A DNA stretch of 64,000 nucleotides, taken from positions 1,054,001 through 1,118,000 of the forward strand of contig CDLV01000014.1 of NCBI GenBank assembly GCA_001244265.2, read 5' to 3'. Positions 38,916 to 52,500 of the stretch are shown in pieces. Positions within the stretch are counted from its first letter, which is position 1. Every line of letters starts with the position of its first letter. The stretch comes from Microbotryum violaceum (Eukaryota). The notes under the pieces are model-generated. The model was not told where the DNA came from. It saw nothing but the letters and a program-made list of their open reading frames with translations, and did not search any database. A program made the position numbers and the translations under genes.

Positions 38916-39746
38916 GATTGCTGGATGAGTTGGGCTCAGAGTCTGGGGGGTTGTGTTCTACGTGTGTTTTCAATCGATGCAGTCAGCCACCTGGTTCGTC
39001 GTCCGAATGGACAAGAGCAGCGGCCATAAGTCGACTCGGTCGCACCGACCTCGTGCGACGTCGAGCTTGAAGCAAACCCTTGTCGACGACGACTTCCTGC
39101 AGCGGTACAGTAGCCGGGGAATGTTAAGGACAAGCCGACCTACCAGGTAGTACTTTGGCTGAGGTCGTGGGAAGAGCTCGTGTGCGAGGAAACGTATGGC
39201 TGTATGGGTTGGGGGGTTGAGGTCAACGTTCGAAAGTGGCTCGGACAGTCGACATTCGAGGTGGAGCTTCCACGGGCTTCCACTTGGCTCAGTATGTCGT
39301 CGGCCCGAGCTGACTAATGATCGAAGCCACCGACTTTACGCGGGCTGCGACCACAACAGACGAGTTGATCACATACATTTTTTCTTTTTCTCATAAATCA
39401 TAATTATTTTTCTAGTCCACTACGTTCCAGCGGAAAATTTGGCCGAGCATGAATCTGCACTAATTAAAGTTATTGCGCGAAACGGGCCGCCTCGTCGATG
39501 TCCGTCACGCGATCACCACCGGGAGGTCGAGCCAGACCGACCACAGCGGCTGGCCAGACAGGGCACTGACAGGGCCAGATCACGCCTGATCAGGCCAGCG
39601 CCTGCCAGCGCCGGAGGCTGACTCGAGATCGACGGCGCTTTCCTTGGGGCTCCGACTTTTACTTCCTCCGAGAAACGCGTAACACCTAATTTGCTCTTTC
39701 TTACAAACGCTCGCTCACCCGCCACACCACCTCATTAAACATTATC

Positions 39747-40715
39747 AGTACGTACCTGGCGTTCCCCTCACTTGACCTTCTGCATTGGGAGCAGACTCTT
39801 GGGGCGACTGGCGTGGTGGCCTGGCGTCCATCGTCATCATCCCCGAACGGCACCACTGATCTCTGATCCCCACTCTTCCACAGTGGCTGGATCAATCACC
39901 GACTGGGACTCGAAGGCAAATTTCTGACTCGACTTGGTTCAGTGTTGACATCCACAGTCCACTCACGCCAACGCATGCATGCTCGCTCCTCTCTTCTACC
40001 CCGCAGACCGTCATCGGTTCCAAGGCGAGGGCACCGACCGTCACCAAGGATGGCGCCGCCCTCAACGCCGCTCGAAGGTCAGGTGCTGCGATTGACACGG
40101 ACAAGAAGAGTGAGTCGAGTTGGCTTTGCATTGCTGTATGAACTCCGGCTTGCAGCAGGGGGCGCATGGGGATCCACAGGAGCGAGACTTCGACGAAGGC
40201 ACCCTGCGCTGCCCTCTTCGAGCCTTTGCATCAATTCTGACTTTAATGTCGAGGGCTCTATTGATATTCTCAATCTTGCTCACAGCCGCGGGTAACAAGA
40301 TCCCCGGTGTAGACCACGCCAAGATTGCCAAACTTGACCGGGAGGTAGGTCTCCCCGTCTTCCGCCACCCACCTCACCCGGGACACCGCCCTGCGATGAC
40401 GAGATACTGATTCTCTTTTTCTCTACACCACCACCTCAGAACGAAGTTGCGCCACCACCGACGGTCTCTTTAGAACTCGGCAAAGTGCTGCAACAGGCAC
40501 GACAGAACTTTAAGGATGCGGACGGGAATCCGAAACCCATGTCCCAGGGCGACCTCGCCAAGGCGATCAACCAGAAGCAGACCGTCATCCAGGAGTACGA
40601 GAACATGCGCGCCAAGCCCGACCCGGCCTTGTTGGGCAAGATGGAGCGGATCCTCAAGGTCAAGCTGAGGGGGTCCGGTATTGGTCAGCCGTTGGGAGGA
40701 CCTAAGAAAAAGTAA
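39747..40715 (+). CDS. MBF1: Multiprotein bridging factor 1, multi-exon
   Basis: DWDSK|TVIGSK...LNAARR...IAKLDRE|NEVAPP...DLAKAINQK...YE...PDPALLGKMERILKVKLRG..IGQPLGGPKKK. Confidence 0.9.
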
Positions 40716-43014
40716 AAAGGGTCGACGAATAGCGTTGAAGTGAGAGGAGCGACACGGACCTGACAAGTCATGTAGTCGATTTGAGGATTATACAGCAGAA
40801 CTGCAAATTGAATTCCACCCAGCATGAAGCGTAAGGAGAGACGAGAGACGAAGTCTCAAAGCTACCGGGAAAAAAAAAGTGCCACTATGAGCACAGGAGA
40901 TCAGTTGGAGTTGCGTCATCCTGCCCCTATCCACCTTGAGGCGGCCGCTTCCTTCCCAGCCTATCTTGCCTAACCCTCCTCACCCCGCGGTCATCCTCGC
41001 GGTCATCCTCGCGGACTCTATACCCATTTACCTGCGCTGCGTGAATTGCAGCATTCGTTCTTGGTGTTCTTCCCATTGAGCCTGCTGCTCCCGATTGAAA
41101 GCTCGCGTTCTCTCCCAAATCATGCGCTTGGTGTTGACCTCGCATCTCCTGCGACGCAGTTTGTCGCTCACGCGGAAGCGGCTGTCTGAAGCAAGCTACA
41201 GAGGTGGAGGGAGCGCAGCGCGGGGTCAGGTGCTGGAACGCTTTCAAACCGGGCTCTTGCGTTTCAAATAGTGTACGTACAATGAAATTGCGGTCCAGGA
41301 GGCACCAACGAAGAACTTGGGTGCGAGAACATCGACATTTCAGTACGGTCAATCCTCGGACTCTGTTCTACCCAAACAATGAGAAAACAAAGAAGAGGAC
41401 ACCAGTCGGAGTCGCTGTGCAACGCGGCCTGATACGTGCACGTGAGAAAAAGACTAATGAAAAAAGCAAACACAGCGAACCCCCACATATGCCCACTTCC
41501 TCTCCATCATCCCCATCCTCGAGTCTGACCTGTCCCGCCGCATTGCCAGTTGAAGCAGCTGTTGACAGCGGGTGACCACGTTAGCAGCAGCTCGCAACTT
41601 TACGTTCGAGTAGACGGAACTACTAGTAGGCAGTCACACTTGGTGTGCATAAAACTCACCTTTTGTGGACACAGTTGTTGATTCATCATTGATGCCGGTC
41701 ATGACGTCTTGCACTGCCGATTGGCGGACAAGGAAGCCCCCTGTAACGCCAAATCCCGAGGTGGAGGCGAAGGTGGAGGTGGAGGTGGATGACGCAAGCA
41801 AGAGGTTGGCGGTGTGGTGAAGGCGAGGTTGACGGTCAAGATCAAGATCAAGGTCAAAAAAGAGCAGCATGAAATGAGGGTGAGTCGAAGGTGGAGGTGC
41901 AATGGGGAGGAACAGACGTAGAGGTGAAGGCAAGGGATCAAGGTGGAGGTGATTCGAGGCGGAAGCGAATGTGATGGTGATGGGGAAGGATGAAGGGTGA
42001 AGACGAGAATCGGAGGTGGAGGTGGAGATGGTGTAATGTGAAGGTGGATGAAGATGAACGGGCATGCAAAGGTGAAGGTGAGAGCAAGGTCAGCCCGAAC
42101 CCGTCGTACGAGGTCAGGTCCGGCCGATGATGGCAGCTGCGGTGGCGGTGGGGGTGCATGCTCGGAGGTGGCCACAAGCGGGACTGACCCGATACAGTGA
42201 CAACCAAAAACCTCTCCCAATTTTTTTACCTCGCAAGACGACCAGGACTGCCGTGGGCCCCTCTTCGATCAAGAGCGTGATCGGAGGCTGGTGACGATCC
42301 GAGTCAAGACCAGAGGAGGGCAGTGCCCAAGTCAGCGACGGTGGTACTTGCAACGAGTGGGAGGGGTGAACTCACGGTGGCTGATGGTACACTACTGCCG
42401 ACTTTTACCACCTACCGCCTCGGTGCTGCGTCGATGCGCTAGTCGATTTCGGCCCAGTGGTGGAGGAGCCATGCGAGAGGTACTCATCAACGAAGAAGAA
42501 GGAAGGAGAGAGAGAGAGGTGAGAGGGGGGGGGGGCGCTTTTATACTCGCCCTGAGGCCAGACTTGGCGCTTATCAAGCGACTCGAGGTCAAGCTCTTGC
42601 TTCATCCGTGCCAATGACGCTAGCCCGCGCCGCCGCCGCTCGGCATCGCAGCTCCCTCGGCGCTGCGGTCTTCCGAAAAAGGAGACCCCTCGGTCACCCG
42701 AGGTCACCAAGTCGACCTGATTTGTAGCAGCAACAATGAATAAAGCAGTGTTCTTGATGGTTGCAAAATGACACTCGCCTTTTAACGCATCTGCTCGTAC
42801 TTCTCTGAGTCCGAACGATCCATTACTTCTGTTGCTCGTCCATGGCTCGTCCATGGCTCGTCCATGGCTTGGAGTCATTTTGAGGGGTCAGAAGATCGAG
42901 CTGATGAGCCAGGAGCGCGCCGGTCCCCGTCACGCGCAACCTGTTCACGTCTGACGCGACGAACACCTCGGATACTACCCTCGCACTCCCTCATCTTTCG
43001 ATCTCTCACCAGCC

Positions 43015-44495
43015 ATGACGATCGCACACGCACACAAACTGCTCGACCAGGAACTCCTCACCGTTCCGGAAGCCCTTTTGGGCCAGCATCAAGACGTGCG
43101 ACAAGCGTTGGTTTCGCTGGTAGGCACCGTCGATGGTGAGTCCGAAGCCACCGCCGCTGCTGGTTCAATGCTCCACCCACCGATGAACCCCCTCTCTCCC
43201 CCCCCCCCCCCTCCCCCCTCCCCCCCACAAACACATCCGGCTGTCTACTAGTCATGATTCTCGACGGCTCGACGCTGTTCTCCTCCGAGTGGTTCTCGGC
43301 CGCTCGGAGCGGCACCTCGCCACCCAAACAAACGCAACGGTTCGTCGGCTCGATTCGTGCAGACGCGGATCGCATCGTCGCGGCGACGGCCGGACGAATC
43401 CACCTCGTGATCGTCTTCGACCACGCTTCGGGTCGTCCGGCCTTGAAGGCCCGTCGTACCCACACGTCGAGAGACAACGGGAACGGCGTCCAGCGCTCGC
43501 CCCAAGTCTCTCCCGACAATTTCCAAAGGAGAAGCTCCGACCGGCACGCCGACCCCATGACCGAATGGCTCACCAATTTCGGCGGTCAAGTCGAGCCGAC
43601 CTTAGCGGTACACGTCTTCAACATGTCCTCGGAGGTCACCGTCATCATCTCGGCGCACGAAGCCGACCCCCTGATTGCGGCAAGCACCCGAGTCGGCGTC
43701 ATCGGCGGCGTACGTGTTCAAGGCGACCGTGCCGCCCTCGCCAGCAGAGATGCGGACTACTTTATGATGATCGGAAGTGAGCGTGTGAGATACCGGATCA
43801 TTCCATCGGTAAAGCATCGCGTGGTTAGAGTCATCGACCTCGAAATCCTGGAGGGTCAGGGGAAGTTCCCCGGTGCGGAAGGAAGGTTCGTTGCGTGATT
43901 GATGATGGGATGCGATTACCTGCCCACCGGTCTTCAAGGTTACGGTCCAGCCAAGCTCGAGAAGTTGGATCCGTCAGTCTTTCAACTCGCCACTTGGAGC
44001 CAAGGTTACGAACACGCCACAGCGGTCTTGCATCGAGTCGGCACCAAACTTGATGTTCGCGCCATCTGCGATGCAGTTACTCCCATCCGCAACCTGTACG
44101 ACTTCTATCGGTGCGACTTGGTCTCGAAGCCACCGAGCGCCCCGCGAGCCATCGAACACTCCCCCCGGGGTCCTCTTCCCCGACACTTCGTTCGATGGGG
44201 GTTCGGACGAACACCTGCGTCGCCAGTCCACGCCCGCGCTGCGGCCGTTCCGTGCAACCCCGCTCCTACAAGGGCGCCAAGGCCAGGGACTCGAGATGGG
44301 TCCCCTCCAGCCTCTCGCATTGATTCGCGATCGAAAGACACGACACGAGGCCGCGGCCGTTCGGCGACTCGAGGTCGTGCAGCCCGGGAGATGTGCGTCG
44401 ACCCTCCTTTCCTCACCAAACTCCGTCGAGATCCCGGCGCCACAAGACCATCAAGCTCCTCGCACGGCTGCGTCAAGTTTCCAAGCGAGCGGTGA
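43015..44495 (+). pseudogene. XPG/FEN1/Exo1-like PIN-domain nuclease, disrupted
   Basis: ILDGS, IVFD, HEAD, SRDADY and H3TH-like MGCDYLPTGLQGYGP motifs in the expected order; frameshift in the C-run near 43200 and in-frame TGA at 43896-43898. Confidence 0.7.
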
Positions 44496-44885
44496 AGCTG
44501 AGTAAGTACACTTCTCACCCATCCCCCTCTACTCTGATCCACCTTATGCAACGCATTACGTCGCATATAGGCGGCATCGGTTGCTGACTCGGACCGCGCG
44601 TGCGATGTTATCATCTCGACCCTCCTCCCCCCTCGCAGGCCCTCAAGCGGCGGACTGTGATATGTCAATCAGCTCACCAGGTCTATCACGACCTCAATCC
44701 ATCTACCCCAATAGTTCCTACAACCATCGATGCAAGTGTGACGCTCTACTTCGTGAGTTCTCTTTGGTCCAGCGCTGACCCAAGATGTCTCTTGCCCTGG
44801 CGCGCCACGTACGACCAATCTCGTCTAGCAATGGATGAATGGAATGGGATGGGAAAAGGGAGGGGTTGGCGGGCACTATGCACAG

Positions 44886-44958
44886 TGGCTCCGTTTCTCT
44901 TTTTTGTGGGGCCGCATCAAGAAGCTGTTCCCTTTGCATTAGTTTCGGCTAGGGCAAG
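44886..44958 (+). repeat. About 75-nt dispersed repeat ending in a TTCG-loop hairpin (copy 2)
   Basis: Matches the reverse complement of 20671-20745. Confidence 0.85.
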
Positions 44959-45016
44959 TTCGCCGTCCAAAAAAAAATGCGAGAGTACACAACCATGCCT
45001 ATTCATTGTCTTATGC

Positions 45017-46866
45017 TCAGACACCTGATCCAACGAGGATCTTGACATCTGTTTTCACAGGGATGAGTATTTTGTTAATCGCCTTCTACCATTTGCGTTC
45101 GGGGTTGTAAGGAGATGAACTCACGTTGTTCGTTGTTGTTGATCAACTCGTGGAAGCCCTTTTCAAGGATGTCATCGAGGGACGCCGTGCCCGTCACAAA
45201 ACCTGGGGAAGCAAGAGTTTCCCCCAAAAAAAAGTAAAAAATGAAATGAAATAAAGATTAGACCCGTTTTTGATCGGGTGGGCAGGGGGAGGTACTTAGT
45301 ATTGACCATCTAACGAGATCTTGCCGCTCGAGAGTGTTTCGATCGCAGGCTTGTGCTTCGATTCGTAGCAAATGACCGCACGCAACGTCTTCTCGCCCAA
45401 GACCAAGGCGTTCATATCGATCTGGGGTTTGGTGCTCCAGATGGCGACGTCGAGGCATGTTCCTCGAGGGCGCAGAGCGGCGATCGCGGCGGTCAAACTA
45501 GCTTCGACGCCGGCGCACTCGAATGAGACGTCGACACCGACATCATCGCCGCCCGTCAGCTCGCGACATTTCGAAACGACATCGTCCTCTCGAGGTGAGA
45601 TGGCATGGTGCGCGCCAGCATGGGTTGCCATCTTGCGACGAGATCCCGAGGGCTCGGAGACGATAACCTTGCTGCAGGTCCTCCATATCAGCTAGCGCGA
45701 CAAGTAGCTTGTGGCCTATCCAGGCTATCCTAAGCGAAGCTCACTCACGAAGCTCCCATGGCAATGAGGACCTTGGTGACGAAGCATCCGATCGGTCCGG
45801 CGCCGCAGACGAGGGCGGTACAACCCTTTGTCGCACCACTCATCTGGACAGCGTGCATCGCTACCGCAAGGGGCTCCACCATTGCACCATGTTGCAACGA
45901 GACATTGTCAGGAAGCTTGTGCAGGAAGCCTTCACCTGCGACGGCGTAGCCCGAGAGACCGACGAACCCGAGCGAGGAGCAAGCTGTAGCCACAACAGGG
46001 GTCCGAAAATCCAATGGAACCATGCCATGAGCTCATGCGTGCTATTGCAGAGAGCAAAGAATTTTCGCACCGTTTCTGAAGTTGTGCTTGCAAGCGTAGC
46101 ACTTGAAGCAAGAGATCGTCGGCTCCCTGTTACACGTGATGAAGCAAGGCGACCGTCAGCCAACCGAGACTGTCCCGTGGCAGCGCTCGAATTACGCTCA
46201 TGTAGGCTATCAAGCATTCTTCATCGATCGAGTAAAGGAAAGATACAGAAGCAGGTGCTCACACAATTGCACGATCACCCTTTCTCCACTCGCCCTTGAC
46301 GCCAGGTCCGACCTTGGAGATGACGCCGGAGAACTCGTGCCCGAGACAGAACGGAAGCTTTTCCCCGGTGATTCCATGGGCCGTGCCAGCGGTCGGGCAC
46401 AGGATCGGACCGTCTGTATCGAGATATATCGCAAGAGTCACGATTATTAGAGGTCATTCCCACAAGCAAAGGAAGTGCTTGACTTGCCAGTGTATTCGTG
46501 CAGATCGGTCCCGCAACTGGGTTGAACATCCGATCCGCCGCCGCACATCATCAGCGACCCGTCACGGGGTTCCGAAGGTGGGGCTCAACTCAATCGCCGA
46601 GTATGGTCGCAGCGGAGAGCTGGTGTCCCCCAGTCTCGCATCGACACCATGTTGGACTTACATTCCACACCTGTAGTAGGGAGCTCGGAAAAGTATGAAT
46701 AAATATCAGCGCAGTACCTAGAAGACTGAGGGCTCTGGTCTGGCACCTACCACGCGAGTTTGATCAAGACTTGGCCTTCGCCAGGGACGGGCATGGGATT
46801 CTCCTCGACGCGAATGTCACGCTTGCCATAGTAGTTGACAACCTTGTTGGTAGCTTCGTTCGACAT
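45017..46866 (-). CDS. Zinc-dependent medium-chain dehydrogenase, (R,R)-butanediol dehydrogenase-like, multi-exon
   Basis: YYGKRDIRVEE; GPILCPT...LGHEFSG; GAMVEPLAVAMHAV; LVCGAGPIG; GVDVSFECAGV; VKILV. Confidence 0.88.
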
Positions 46867-47989
46867 AATAGATTGCTAGGATTTGGTTGGTGAGAAGCTT
46901 GGAGGCCTGTTGGATGGATGCAACGCAAGGATTTGGCACTAAGACTCAGGCGAACTCCCACACCAACACCGATCCGCACCCGGCAGGTTTTTTAGTGGGG
47001 CCTCCTGCTCACCGGTGCCCCGGACCGTCTCGGGTGCTTTTTCCGACTTGCTTTTATAGGACTTTGGCGGAGGTTTGATTTCCAAGCGAGGGTATAGACG
47101 CTGCCGTCGGTGGTCGGCCCGCAACTTTCTTCTAGGGTTCGCGCACCTGCTCCACGCTCGCCTAACGCCCGGCGTGGCCAGCAGTTCCCCGCCCTGACTG
47201 GTTGATTGGGGAGCCCACTATCCACTGAACCGATCGCAACGAGCTCGGTATCATAGTGAAGCGCCGCCAACACCCTCGAATGGGTGTCTGAGGACGACTG
47301 CCTCGACTTGCGTCCGACTCTGTCGACTCGAATCCGACTTGCCGTCACCCAGTTGAACAGACTCGGGCACGACTCGCGGTCGACCGGGGGTCAACTCGTG
47401 CCTGACTCCCTTCCGACTCGCAAGTCGGATTTTTTAACATTTTCATTATGTCCAATGTGTCAACAATCGAGTAAGTTGCTCCCGTAGCTTCTCGTGTGAA
47501 GCTCGGGGCTCGGCCCCTGTCACGGTGTCAACTCGTCCGAGATCCATCGCCGCCTCGGCGTGAGCGCGCAGCTCTCCGTCATGCAGTAGTTCCCCGCAAT
47601 CACTGGTCTCTTCCCTAACGTCCGCACATTTTTCTCATTCTTCGTTGCCCCGCGTTTTGAGCACCAGTTTGGCCAGACCGGTTCGCCCCGACTTCTTCCG
47701 CTGCGGGCAGTCTGAAGCTTGACATTCACTCGATGCTTTCATTTATGGCTCCGAGACAGAAGCTGAGTATCGATCCCCTAGGACCTACTTTGAACGATGG
47801 AGCGGTTTCTTCATATCGTCGTGAAGTGTATGAAACGTGTATTGGTAAAAGCATAACCGCCATCTTTGCGGGGCCGCGGGTGAGAAGTCCTCGAGCGCGG
47901 ACTTAGTGCGGACATGTGATGTGGGCCACGTGTCTCACCGACCGCAGCAACTGACATCAAAAGACCCTCGAAATACAACACATTATGCA

Positions 47990-49015
47990 TTAAACGACCA
48001 AATCAGCCGTACCCTTCCCCTCGCTTCCCGGCAACTTGTCCTGCAAGCCAAGAAAGGCATTTCGGGGCGAGTCAGATCCGGCTCGGTCCCCCAGTAGGCT
48101 GAAAGGCACGAAGTCATGAGATACGTACCCTCAACATGATGCTCAACCGCTGTGATCCATCAATCAGTCGACCTTCGTACTCGCCCGTTCGCAAGACCTC
48201 GTGGGTGTACTGAGTCCGAAGTGGCTCTCTGATCAAGCGAGGAAGAAATGTCGCCGTCAGCCCACTGTGCTCATTCGCTCGCCCAACCATCACAAGCAAA
48301 TAGCCTACGTTTGCACATATGCGTCACCAGGCTCGAGTAACACCTCAAACTCATTCTTTGACCCCTCTGGTAACATCTCCGGTTCTTGATCCGGCCCCTG
48401 CTTGGCCTTCCGGAATCTCATCATCCTTTCACCTCCCAAGCTCAATCCCACGATGGTCGTCCCAAAGGCTTCCAAGTGGTCGATATGTGGTCTGATCTCG
48501 CCTTCCGAGGACAGATGAAGTAGATGCATGATGAGGTGGTCCGGTGGGTCGACGAGATGTTCGCCCATGCTCGAGTCAGCCTGAGAATCGGGTGTTGATC
48601 CGGAAGCAACGGCTTTGGCAGGAGGCAGGAGCGAATAGACCTTGGCTAGAGCGTGTACCAGTTCGTCATCATCCTTGGGTAGCATCCCCGGTCTGACCAA
48701 CATCTCCCTGTACCCCGTAATGACCCCATCAAAGTGCCCCTTCTCGAACTCGTACGCCTCAGGCGGGAGAAAAGTATCCCTCGGATGATCGGGATGGGCC
48801 TTTAGGTAACTTCGTGCCAGTCGTCGTGCATGCGACGTCGTACGTGAGGGTGACGAGAGGAGTGCCAACGAATGTTGTAACACCACACGTTGCTGCGAGG
48901 TCGAGAGTAAAGAGGAGTGAACCCGTAGGCCTGGGTGGGGGGACCATGGCGACGACGAGGTGGGGTGCTGCAGCTGCCGTGACGAGTCTTGCAGCAACTT
49001 CAAAGTGCGTCGCAT
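47990..49015 (-). CDS. AlkB-family 2OG-Fe(II) dioxygenase, ALKBH7-like
   Basis: FEKGHFDGVITGYRE; HLLHLSSEGEIRPHID; IVGLSLGG; LEPGDAYVQ; RTQYTHEV; RLSIMLR; two 3' introns. Confidence 0.85.
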
Positions 49016-49537
49016 GACAGTCTGATTGGTCTTGTCACCGAATCCGTGTAGGTGGAGGTGCCTGTCGATCGTACGCACGGTGGGGTAAAGATGTCCTGCC
49101 GATCGATTGTGAATTTACGAGTCCGAGTGAGAGTATGCCGGCTCAGTGACGAAACCAATGCAATCGTAGGTCACGTTACAACCAAGCGCCAGAAACTATG
49201 TGAAGCGAGAAAAACAAATATGAAACCAAAACAGACAAAATAGTGATGGGGGTTGAGTATAATAAAACAACACAAATATGAAACGAGGGAGAGCAACAAG
49301 AAAAAGGGGGTGGGAGGAGAGGCGACGATGTCGGACATGGTGCAAGCTACATTTTGTGGTACGCGAACAATGAAACAGAGGGGTGAACGAAAAAAACAAA
49401 AAACAAAAAAAATAACAAAAAAAAACCCGTGGGCCGGGGTACGAACGAGTGGACAGCATATAACGACACAGACGATGGTTGGTCAACGAGAGGAATACGG
49501 AAGGATGGAGGGGACGGCTGACACGGCGCGAGACGGA

Positions 49538-52500
49538 TCACTGCCACTGCATAGCATCCGAAGATGCTAAGTAGGGCGTGAAGGTGGGCGAAGCCGAGTT
49601 CGAGCTGGCCGATGTCCCGCCCACACTAGGCCGTCGAGCGGGGGACGCGGAGGTGAGCGAGCCGATTGCGGACCCGTCTGTTCCCTGCTTCTGTGTCTTG
49701 GCCCATCTGTAGGAGTGAGAAGAATAAGGTCTGTCAGCACGTGGACTGATATACAAGTGAGGATACTCCGCAGAGCTGGGGAAACTAACCGAAGTCCACA
49801 TCGGTTGCACAAGGTCTTGGCGCCTGTCGGACCGGCGCGCCACTCAGGAGAGTCGAAGCGACCGCAGTTCGCGCAACCACGACCGCCATTCGTCTTTGTT
49901 GAAGCCCGCGATGAGCCACCATCCGACGATGTTTTCCGTCGCGACAGCGTCGTCGTACACCCGGCTTCCGAACGAGCGCGCTGGCCAAAGACAAAGCCGC
50001 GCTTCCGCGCAGTGACGATGAGATGCTCCTTCTCGTCGCGCAGCTTCTTGTTGGTGATTTGCAGCTGGTGCAGCTCGAACTGCCAACTGGTCGGTCGTCG
50101 CGACTCGAGTTCGTCAAAGACGTTGTCGCTGATCGCACTTGGGTGCGCGAGCGTCTTGAAAGTGCTTTGAAAAGGTGGTGGGCTGCTGGGAGTGGATAAC
50201 GATTCCGATTCCGACATCGGTGAGAGCACGTTCGATGAAGACGATCCGATCGCGGGTCCGTAGACGGGCGAAATGCTCGCAAACGGTCCTGCATTCTTGC
50301 GCTGCTCCGATCCGACCTCGTTCGTCTGGGCGAGGATGTTGCAGTGGAAGTTGCTCGAAGTGATGGGTTCCTCGAGCTCGTCGACGGCGCGAGGGTAGAA
50401 TCGCGTCACTACATCGGTGAAGCCGGATCGCAACTGATTTTGGAACCGGTAGCGCACGGTGGAAGCGACGCCATCCGCGCATTGCTGAAGCGCCTGTTCA
50501 ATGGCGGGGACGTGCTCGGGTGCGGCAAGATGCTGTAGCGACATGCCCATCATTTCGTCTCCGGTGCGGCCCAGCATCGACTCGACGGCCGAAGTGGCCG
50601 ACAGGATAGTGCCACCCGGTGAGACACCCATCCAAAACTCGGTGTCTCCCACGCCGCCAGCCTGCTTGAGATCGGTCCACGACATCCTCATGACCTCGCG
50701 CGGGCGGCCCACAAAGATGACGCACTTGCGCCCCTTACCCGGCTCGATATGCAGTTTGCCCGAGGCCTCAAGCCAGATGTAACCCGAGTGCTTCCGTCGA
50801 ATGCGGTACAGCAGCGACACGGTCGAGTTGTGGATCGTGCTCGTGTCCTTGAGCAGCCGCATGACGGGTACAACGTCACTCGGATGGCACAGCGTCGGCA
50901 AGGTCTTACCGATCAGCTCGGAAGGTTGATATTCGAGCACGGATGCAATCGAGGGCGAGCAGTATAGGAACGAGCCCTTGAGCGACAAGACGTGGATGAA
51001 GTCGTCGGCCTCACTCAGCAGCAGCTTATGAAAGGATCGCCTGTCCTCTTCCGATTCGAGGCCTTGCAACCCATCACGTTCAATAACTTCGAGCGTGTCG
51101 AGCTCGCCCTTGGACGGCGCGAGAGAGGTCGTCGATGCGGCAGCAGCGGCGAGCGAGCCTCGGCGAGCATCAGTGACGGCAGCCGAGGCGGCGGCTACGA
51201 GGTTGGCTTTGCTGTCCTCCTCGGTCATCTCCCACTCGGTATCATCACCCTGAGTGGGTACAATCGTACCTTCTTCTGCCACACCAGCCCTGTCCTCGAT
51301 CGAGGCCATGGAAATGGTCGTCCTGTGACTCGGCATCGACACAGTGCCCGTGTTGTTGTACAACGAGTAATTGACGACATATGTCCCGTCCTTCATGCGA
51401 TCGAGGATGGCGTTGGGTTGGTCCACGAGGTCGACCTGGAAGCCGACGAAGTAGGTGATCTCGTCCGAGTCCCACGCGATGGGGATGATAGTGACGAGAT
51501 TGATGAAAGGCTTGCCGTCCTTCTTGTAGTTGATCAAGGACGACTGCGACTCTTTGCGGCTCGCGATGTGGACACGCATGTGCCATGCCGCATTGCTGTC
51601 GGTGTACTTACGAGGAGTACCCTGAGCTTGCGAACCCGTCGGCGACTGCAAAAATCGGCCTGGGGAGCGTGCAAATAACCAAATGTGAGCCCTGGCCGCA
51701 GGAGGCCACCACACCGGGCCAGTCAAAAGTAAAACTCACAATTCTTGCCAATGATCTCGTCGTTCGAGTAGCCCGTCATGCGTGTGAAAGTCTCGCTAGC
51801 AAAAACAATGGGTTGATCCCATCGCTTGGCATCGACGACGAGAAACGCGCAGCTCGTGTCCACGGCGCCGATCGAAAGTTGCGGGTTTGGCCGGGCCGCA
51901 ACGCGGGCTAAAAAACCGAGCATGTCGAAACCGCTCGACGAGTATAGTCCAGCAAAGTTGGTGCTCTCGCCAGCTGGCGGAGGCACCGGCAACCCCAAAG
52001 ATGCAGGTTCGTAGGTTGACCCTGGAGGAGGCGCCTGGGTAGGGGCCATCGCGACGGCCTGTGCCGGCATCTTGTAACCCATCGGCGAGTTTGAGTTGAT
52101 CGAGATGATGGACGATCCATATGGAGCATACACAGGCCCTCCCTCGCTCGCGTGCATAGGGAGCGCGGGAGCAGGCTGAGAAACCGCCAAGTTCGGTCCT
52201 GTCGCGCTTCCGTTCGCGCTCGTCTGGTTTGCGGTGACAGGTTGGGAGATCCCTGTCTGCGAGGTCTTCCCAGACCCAAGCTGCTGTTGACCGCCATCGC
52301 CATGAACAGGTGAGTTGGCCGGGTTGGCCGGGAGACCGCCGAGCGAAGGGGTGGAGCCCATCCCACTGGCCGAAACTGCGGAGCCGAGTTGAGTGGCATC
52401 CTCATAGCCGACGTTAGTGACGCAGCCCGCGCCGGAGCCGAAAGCGCCGTAAATGTCCGTGGGTGCGGAGCTGCTGTACATGTTGGCGAACGAGTGGGAC

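Noticed and set aside
41600-42560. GAGGTG-rich ORFs
   Set aside because: Low-complexity purine-rich sequence; the ORFs on both strands lack recognisable domains.
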